A DNA stretch of 60,332 bases, counting the filler, from Asterionella formosa (taxonomy: Eukaryota), in NCBI GenBank assembly GCA_002256025.1. It is 9 parts of 9 records of this genome, joined end to end, with 100 filler letters (N's around TTAATTAATTAA, not from the genome) between each part and the next. Parts side by side here need not be neighbours in the genome. Positions count along the whole stretch, not along the records: positions 47,024 to 53,629 come from NKIB01012660.1; positions 53,730 to 60,332 come from NKIB01012661.1; 7 more parts are not named here. The stretch is one strand, 5' to 3'. A program made the position numbers and the translations under genes. Within the stretch, counting starts at the first letter, position 1; each line of letters starts with the position of its first letter. The notes below the pieces were generated by a model, which was not told the DNA's origin, made no database searches, and was given only the letters and a program-made list of their open reading frames with translations. Shown here in pieces: positions 52,542-60,332 of this stretch.

Positions 52542-52959
52542 CGCCATCATTGCTCGACTCTGGAAAAAATCGGCTTCTATTTCATTACCACATAACTGGT
52601 TATTGGACATGAAATCAGGGATTGAGAACATTGTTCGTTGGGGTTTTGAACGAGATCAACAGAATGGAAGAGAGATGCATTAGCGGCTGCAGCAAAACCC
52701 GAAAACGATGAAGGAATTCGCCAAGCATTTCATGTGACGAACCTTGCGAAAGCTACGCTCTCTAAATCACTTGTACTTGCCAGGTCCCGTTGGCACGGGA
52801 TAGATATATTGCATTCTTTCCCCAGGATCTAGTTTGTAATATCGCATTCTTGCGTTGATAAACAGAACAAAGCAATTGTGAACTTTCGGAACGATGCATA
52901 CAATGAAATAATTATGATGCGTTTATAACACGTTTGTCGATGTGCTCAATCGATGCGAA

Positions 52960-53629
52960 TGCTGAAGGCAATACACGCCCGAGGTGGTCTCTTGCCTGCG
53001 AGTATACATGTGTTCGAGGCTGGGTGGCGCGAGTAGGTTGACTGCACGAGTGGCGCCCCCGGCGCTGCGAGAAGGTCACCCTACGAGTGCCATCCCAGTC
53101 GAGTACACATGTATACGAGAAGGCAAGTAGCCGCCGAGAAGGGAATTGTTGAGGCAATTCCCGCTCTAGCTATCGTCGCGTCATTCGCTTACCTACTGCC
53201 CACAAATTTAGCATAAATGTCAATTTTAGCCTACTATTGCCCATCATATAAAATATATTTTGAATATTTCCTATCTTCACCTCGAAAATTGCCAAAGGTC
53301 CGATATTGCCCATCATTAAAATATATTTTGTATATTTCATATGTTCGCATTTTGGCAAGACAACAGACACCAATTGCCCCTCGGTTTTCCAGTCCTGGGA
53401 TTGCCGAAATCGGCAAGGGGTCTACTTAAGGAAACCATTTTATATACTATACAGATTCTAATAATTTATATCTAGAATTCACCTCGTTTTTGTTCGTCTC
53501 CTGAAAAGTCGACTCCGGCAATTCACCTTTCACCATGCCAATCGTCGTCCATCATGACCGGTTTGAAGCGAAATCAGTTCCGCGATGACGCCAGTAGCGA
53601 TTCTTTGCCTAACGGATGCGGTTGATTGT
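52960..53629 (+). mobile_element. Family H element copy C; best-preserved hairpin, truncated by the contig end
   Basis: TGCTGA start, hairpin at 52960-53156 with ten intact CGAG motifs, then ATTCCCGCTCTAGCTAT and the left-end body. Confidence 0.9.
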
Positions 53630-54229
53630 NNNNNNNNNNNNNNNNNNNNNNNNNNNNNNNNNNNNNNNNNNNNTTAATTAATTAANNNNNNNNNNNNNNN
53701 NNNNNNNNNNNNNNNNNNNNNNNNNNNNNGTATTAACTTGTGTAGACTCTACGACTTGGATCGTGATGGAAATTAATATAAGCCAACCACATCACTTATA
53801 TGATTATTCGACCAGAATCATGACATGCACGAAATATTTCTGCATCATGAGGCAGCAGACGAAATGATTCTGTGAACACTTCCGGCAAGCCGACAACATC
53901 AAGGCCAGAACTGCCTGAGCCTTTAGCATTCAGCTTGATAATCGCTCCACAACAAGCATGCAAGTTGCAGCTTCGACTTTTGAAATAGATCTCAGGACAA
54001 GGATATCGCCATCGCAAATGTCATTGGCATCGCTCGTGTTGTTGTTGATTGTTGTTTCATGATGGTGACCGGTAAGAATACAATTATAGTAAATTCATTA
54101 ATAAATAGCTAGAATACAATAATATGCTGTTATTTTTTCTGTAGACATAAAATATTTGGGGGTGTTGTGCCAGATGTACGAAGGGGGGTACAGGTATCTG
54201 GGGGGATACGAGACACCAGGTTTTACGGT

Positions 54230-54412
54230 ACCCGGTCGGAACATGACTTGGCTACAGTGAAACTGTATGTATTGCTACGCTGGTACTGTGAAACTGTAGG
54301 TTTGCCCTGCCAGCATTCCCTTCTTCCCCTTTGTCTCAATACCCAGTTGGAACATGATGTGGCTACAGTGAAATTGTACCTATTACTACGCTGGTACTAT
54401 GAAACTGTAGCT
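54230..54412. repeat. Imperfect ~70-bp direct repeat, 110-bp period
   Basis: taccc.gt.ggaacatga..tggctacagtgaaa.tgta...ctacgctggtact.tgaaactgtag occurs at ~54230 and ~54340. Confidence 0.85.
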
Positions 54413-56689
54413 TTGCGCTACCAATCTAATGTCTATTACTGAGTCACTGAGTATGTTGGTGCTGCATCGCTTCTGATCCAGCACTTGTCCAATGTATAAT
54501 CCTATAGTTGACAGACCATTATCCCTTTCTGCTTCCTTGTTCTGTTACAGTCACGTTTTTCTTGACAACTTGACATTTGCACACTATCGATAGTGCCATA
54601 TATCACTTGTTATCTGGAATGGCAAATATTCCGAGTGCTACAAGGAATGGAACAATCTTGGTTGTAAAGGGGATACCGATCGCAGATTTTTCAATCAGGA
54701 AAAACCTGTTTCTATGGCGTATTTCATGTCTGTTCAAGAGACAACGGAAGAGTAAGAAGGAACGACTCCTACTGGTTAGATACTTTGATCATGATGACAA
54801 AGGCAAGGAGAAGAGACTAGATGACAGTTTCCTAGATTTTGTTCTTAACAAATTCTATGTGTTCCTAGAGTCTGGCTTGTTTAACAAAACATCATTTGAA
54901 ACTTCAAGGAAATTTCGGAATCATATAGGACCAGCGATGATTTTAAGGAAAACTCACTTTCCTCGAGATTTTAGACTACATCAGAAAGACAACAATATGC
55001 CACCAAATGCACCCATGAACAACATCCAGACTGGCGACCATGTCCTGTTTCAATATTTCCAACTCCTTACTGGATAAATGGGACAAATCACTTTCCTCCT
55101 TGACCAGTTCTTTATTTACTTTCCAATCACTCCTACAATTTCGGAACTCTTTGGTGACAAGTCATGGACTGCTTCTTCCAGATTGGCAACCATGTCTGGA
55201 GTTGCCTTTAATTTTGCATTTTGCTTTTTCTTTGGAAGGAGGAGATTTTATATCAAGTCTATCAGATTCGATAGACTCAATTAGACGCTCTGAGGAAGTA
55301 GAAACAAGATCTACCACGGGCATACAATCAACACGATCTTTACTTCTTGGAATGGTATTGGGTGAAGATGAACTGGCATCAACTATTTCGTTTTCACTCG
55401 CCTGTGTCAATGCATAAATGGAGAATACACGACATCAGTGATCTTTATTTGGAATGACAGGTATGAAAAATTCCATCGGCTTGCTTGTCAGGAAAAAAGT
55501 TTCCCAATTTTTGCGATGCTTCTCAAATGTGGCCGTAATGGTGCACAGAATCTTGTTCCTCTTTTCTTCTGTATCAATACCAGCAACAACAATATTAGTA
55601 AAATACAGGGATCATTTAAAACGCCCCCAAAACGGAGAATTTTATCAACATCATTGGACTCATTTTGACAACCTTTGTTGCTGTATGACATTGGAATCAG
55701 CTATTGATTGAATAATGGTTCTGGTACCCTCATAAATATTTTACACTTTGGAGTGGCGAGAACATATTGTGGGACAAGCTACACTACATATAGTATTTTT
55801 GCTATATATATAAAGCGGTCACTTTGTGGAAAGTAGTATATGTGTGGCAATGGGGTTAGGCTGTCCTATATAGTGCCTCTGATGTTGCCAATAAAGAGAT
55901 TTCTTAAAACAATGGGATAGTACAATGCTATTAATCAAAGTTTCGATTGTTATTTCGATTCCCCCTGCTATTCAAGGTTCATGTGATACTACTATTTACT
56001 GAATGAAATGAAGCTACTTCCTGATTAGTGATGTTGCGGCTCTAATTCTGCAGCATACAAACGTGCTCGCCAATAGCTAGTCAATGAGAATGGAAGACTC
56101 ATGATTAAGGCCATGAGCAACAAACTGCGCCGCCATCTGGTCCATCTTCACTTTGATCCACATCTCATCTTGAAGAACAGATTCGAAATACGGATCGATG
56201 TTCGCAATGGGCGAACGAAGATCAAAAGGTATTATTTTCTTGATTTCGGTTAGAATTGGAATCGGGTATGGCCTTCCATGCATCGTTCTCCAATTCTGTC
56301 GTATAAATTGACCAAAGCTTTTGATTTCGAGTAACAAACAAGCAATCAAACTTCGCCAGCATAATTCCCCATCAATATCAAGACCATGATATCATTCGTT
56401 ATAAGACTGAGATCATCGTTGTCCCCACAAGAAGGTAGCTTGTAAGGGATTCAACAAACACACATGGCTTGTAAGAAATTCGATTAATGATATGCAAATG
56501 GAGAGAAAATGACGAATACTACCGGTACAAGAATCGGATCAAAGTATGTACCGGTAGAGCATTCAAATCGGAATGGCAACAAGGAACGCACCGTTGTTGC
56601 ACAGATTTCATTCTGATAGCATCGTTGGGTACAAGGTTTACATACACGTAAGATGATCTGTGTAAAGTCATAACCTTTGTTAAAACAAT

Positions 56690-57070
56690 AATTGATCAAA
56701 GAGCAACAGCTATTGATCAATCAAACAACGTATCAAAATATCAAAGCATTTGGTTAGCAGATTAAATTTGATAGCTAATACATATGACTTCTACCTGATG
56801 TCTGTAAGAAAGTAATCTGACAAACAAATTTGATTGACCACACCAACATGGTCATTGATATATCAAAATTATCATCAACATAACACAACATTTGATCGAA
56901 ATATCAACAATTTGGATTAACCAATTAGATTTGATAGCTAATATATACAAGTTCTTATACACGCATAACCTAACATGTGTATGCTAGTACTAACCTAATG
57001 TACAAATTTGATTGATCATACAGACACTGCCGTTGATATATCAAAATTATCATCAACATATCAAAATATT
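56690..57070. repeat. Degenerate ~165-175-bp tandem repeat
   Basis: att.(a/g)atttgatagctaata and ttgatatatcaaaattatcatcaacata each recur once per unit. Confidence 0.75.
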
Positions 57071-58429
57071 TGAATAATCAATCAGTTCTTCAACGTAGCT
57101 ATGCTGAATGAAACGTTAGATCTAATGGAAAATCTATTCACAGATGAACTTGTTATTCCATTCGGAAACTCTAACAAGAACAAATGATGCAACGACTACA
57201 GCGAAAAAATGTGAGGAGTCTTTGATGGAATCAAGAAGATAAAATTGGAACAACACCACCAGTATAAGAAAGATGCAGCTACTGGCTGCGAAAAAAATGC
57301 AAACGACAAATATTTTCCAACCGTTGCCTATAAAAATAACTACATGTATGTTAAAACTTTAATCAATGGCTTTGAGCCACTTCGGCCGTTTTTGTCACTT
57401 TTAAAATGGATAGATCTCAGTAAATATGTGTTCAATTAAAAAATGATTTAATTCTGATGTAGCTTACCGGTAATGAACTAACTAATATCGTGCCAAAGAG
57501 CGAAAGGAGGGATCGATTTTAGCATAATTCTAGAATTAGTCGGAAAACGATATGCATAATAACGTGGCTCAAGCAATGTATAACAACTGGTACCAGGTAC
57601 CATGTATTCAGTCATGCATGTCGAACGGGAATACCGTATTTTATTGAAGTGCCAATGATTGCGCACGTGCTGTGCTGACATCATCTAAAAGGAAATCATG
57701 CTCAAATCACCTACCGGTATGTACATTTACCAATTTGCACATACCGGCAAACCCACAATCACCAATCATCCTTCTTCTTTGAATAATGACTTGCAAAATA
57801 CAGGATGCGACGGTAAGTGCTGTCAGAAATGTAACCTCCAATGGCTCCAAATACCGTACTGGGTGAGCTTACCGTTCATCAAGTTACTCAATATCCTGCT
57901 TACTGCAATCATCACGGTGGAAAGTAAAGTCGTGAATAAGTCCAGAGATGGCCAGGACGTCAGGGAAGAGAAGATTGCCGTAGAATTGAGAGATCCAAGA
58001 GAACCATACTTTTATGGCGAATACGCGTTGTATCGAGATCATGTTACTGGTTCTGACAAGCGCGTTTCTCACGAAAGATAGCGCTGGCTTCAACATTCTT
58101 ACAAATTCTTTTACCTCGGACAGGTTTGTTCGATGACATGTCATCATCTGGGTTTTGTTTCTTCCAAATGCTCGACCACTTTGCTGAAGTTTTGAGCGAA
58201 TGGAAGCAGAATAGGAAAGTGACCATCGTGGGAATTCTTCAACATGATCTATCTCTGAGCCACTATCATGCCGACTACCCGGAGTTTCTAGAGGTGCGCA
58301 AATTTATATCGATGAATCCTAACTTTGTCAATAATTCCAAATAGCAAGATGTGCATTGGTGTCCTTATACGTACTGTTACTTTTTTCCTATTCCTCACAT
58401 CCACTTTTTCAGTACTGGTTTTTGAAGTT

Positions 58430-58933
58430 TCAAACATGATCTGAACTAAGTTCCTTTCTTTCGTCGTCATTTGCAAGTTTCTCGCTCCATTTCACCAGAC
58501 CCATGCAGACACCTGAATGGAGAAGGAGAATGATTGCAATGCACAGCAAGTTGATCTTGACACCAAGAGCGATACTCGACAAAACGATACCAGTACTAGC
58601 ACCAAACATGGAAGCGACGACTCCAATCACTTCGATTGTTTCAATCCATGCTTTTTCACCATCAGAAAGTAAGGATCCGATGATGACGGTGAGGAACATG
58701 GCGAAGAGTGTCGTCAAAAAGCTCCAAAGAGTGAAAATGTTAAATGCGAAATGGTTATGGAATTTGCTTTGCAGCATCCAAAACACAGCCAGGCTACTGA
58801 ACTGCAAAAGAAGACCGAGTAAGAAGCCAAGGAGGGCCATAACGATTGATCCAGTACATCTGTGGGCGGCAGTCCCCTTGGGCTCTTGGTCAAGCAAGGG
58901 ATCATTGAGTTCGTAGGTAGAAGCGGCAATCAT
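58430..58933 (-). CDS. Hypothetical 4-TM membrane protein
   Basis: 167-aa intact ORF with four hydrophobic segments and coding-like composition. Confidence 0.7.
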   Translation of the reverse strand: MIAASTYELNDPLLDQEPKGTAAHRCTGSIVMALLGFLLGLLLQFSSLAVFWMLQSKFHNHFAFNIFTLWSFLTTLFAMFLTVIIGSLLSDGEKAWIETIEVIGVVASMFGASTGIVLSSIALGVKINLLCIAIILLLHSGVCMGLVKWSEKLANDDERKELSSDHV

Positions 58934-59212
58934 AATTACGAGGTCAATTTCGTTGATGCCTTGATTTTATGAGAGAAATGCGTTTAAGTTGTCCTCATGG
59001 AAGGTGAAGTTCAGTTTGAAACAGGTCACGGACAGAAATAGTTTTAAACTATACGAAATTACGTGGAACGTGATGGCTTTGGAACCAGTGTACCGGTAAT
59101 CGGTACTCAATTAATTTATGAATACAAGATGAGAAAACAATGAAAAATAAACTTATTGACACAATTGCTGCCATTCCGGATATTATGTAAGCAACGTCGT
59201 GTAATGCTATAT

Positions 59213-59737
59213 TTACACAACAGTCAAGGCAATATAAACGGGTTCCTTGCTCTCTTTATCCTTTTTGTTCTTGAACTCGGCATGCTTGACTAAGCAGTAC
59301 ACCATGCAACAAAGAATATAAATTGCAGCAACTATCGAGTTTTTCTTCATTCCTGACCAAGGCAAGCCCATGATGCGAAGTACAATAAAGATCGTCACAT
59401 AAAGCCCAGCCATCAGTCCACCAAAGAAAGCGCCTTCCGTACCCATTGAAACGTGTTCACCGCTGCTTAGCCACACAATTGCAAAGCAAATTAGAGTGTG
59501 CATTGCGGACATTATAGGCACAAAGTACATCGCGACAGTCTCAATCTTCTCCGGATCAACCTGGCTGGAAATCCATAGCACAGCAATGGACGAGAGGACT
59601 TCGAGTGCACCGACAGAGAGCCCAATGAAAGCAACTAAGAAGTGCTTGAGTACAAGCGATGTCCCTGGAGATTCCTTCTTGGCCTTATAATAGGCGATAG
59701 GAATCAACGGAAGTGCATATGTAATTGCTTTCGACAT
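59213..59737 (-). CDS. Hypothetical 4-TM membrane protein, possible distant paralog of the neighbour
   Basis: 174-aa intact ORF, same strand and similar TM layout as 58430-58933. Confidence 0.7.
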   Translation of the reverse strand: MSKAITYALPLIPIAYYKAKKESPGTSLVLKHFLVAFIGLSVGALEVLSSIAVLWISSQVDPEKIETVAMYFVPIMSAMHTLICFAIVWLSSGEHVSMGTEGAFFGGLMAGLYVTIFIVLRIMGLPWSGMKKNSIVAAIYILCCMVYCLVKHAEFKNKKDKESKEPVYIALTVV

Positions 59738-60020
59738 GGATTGGTTGATGTTCTAGATATTTTTGTGATAAGGTTGCTTTGGATATTACATTTTGAGGGA
59801 AGCGATACGGAATTGGAAGCGTGTGCACTCCAAATTGATGAACATCTTTTCCCGTGAGTCGCTACACCGCCGACAGTCGATCCTTAATTGCACCAACATC
59901 TGATGTAATTCATGTGCAATACACTCGTTTTGATTTTCCCGTCATAATCTTAAAAGAAAGGATTTCCGGTACCATTAAGCTACAAGGAATATGAAGAATC
60001 CTACCGTACTCCTTGCTTCT

Positions 60021-60332
60021 TGCTGAAGGCAAGACGCGGCCGAGGTGCGTGGTCTCATCCTATCGAGTAAATACGTACATCTGTTCGAGGCTGGGTGGCG
60101 CGAGTAGGTTGACCGTACGAGTCGCGCCAAAGCCCTGCGGGAAGGTCACCCTACGAGTGCCAACCCAGCCAAGTACACATGTAAATGAGAAGGCAAGTCC
60201 CGCTCCAGCTATCGTCTTGCCATTCGGGTACTTCTAAGTAATTTTTAGGCTCTAAGTAATTTCTTAAGTAATTTTTATTTAAGGGCAATATGGGGCACAT
60301 CGAATTTTTCGGCAATAAAATTGCCGATTTTA
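60021..60332 (+). mobile_element. Family H element copy D: hairpin joined to the opposite (right) end of the body
   Basis: TGCTGAAGGCAA start and a diverged CGAG hairpin to ~60196. 60197-60332 is the reverse-complement homolog of ~29447-29574. Confidence 0.85.

Noticed and set aside
52960..53156. SECIS or kink-turn interpretation of the G.A hairpin
   Set aside because: Five symmetric CGAG/CGAG motifs in a repeat terminus, without the AUGA/GA core plus apical AA, the asymmetric bulge of a K-turn, or an upstream selenoprotein ORF.
54577..58344. Assorted ORFs in the last contig (54577, 55162, 56077, 57698, 58126)
   Set aside because: No motifs or consistent splice model found; cannot be supported as genes.

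Overview
Eukaryotic nuclear DNA, most likely a diatom: GT-AG introns of 75-156 nt, bipartite ASAFAP-type plastid presequences, and CoDi-like copia and CryptonS-like elements. The window is not one locus. It is nine ~6.6-kb contigs joined by artificial 100-nt N-TTAATTAATTAA-N linkers (contigs 1-6630, 6731-13350, 13451-20068, 20169-26784, 26885-33498, 33599-40215, 40316-46923, 47024-53629, 53730-60332), so adjacency across linkers means nothing. Host genes: a metallophosphoesterase and an SBPase (both with plastid-type presequences), a thioredoxin/QSOX-like protein with acidic 15-aa repeats, a fucosyltransferase-like GT, a mitochondrial citrate-carrier-like gene, a partial USP, a partial PDI-like gene, small membrane proteins and tRNA-Arg(CCT). 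Much of the rest is transposon-derived: a full-length decayed copia, Plavaka/CACTA-like, pogo and Crypton pseudogenes, and several MITEs. The most unusual signal is a dispersed non-coding element seen in four contigs. It is bounded by a TGCTGA direct repeat and carries a 197-nt rod-like hairpin in which ten CGAG motifs pair in register as tandem sheared G.A pairs. Its junctions are consistent with a circular or hairpin-ended single-stranded intermediate. A second candidate is the TA-CC(W)GG-TA intergenic tracts, which match predicted excision footprints of a CCA...TGG-ended MITE found in the window.
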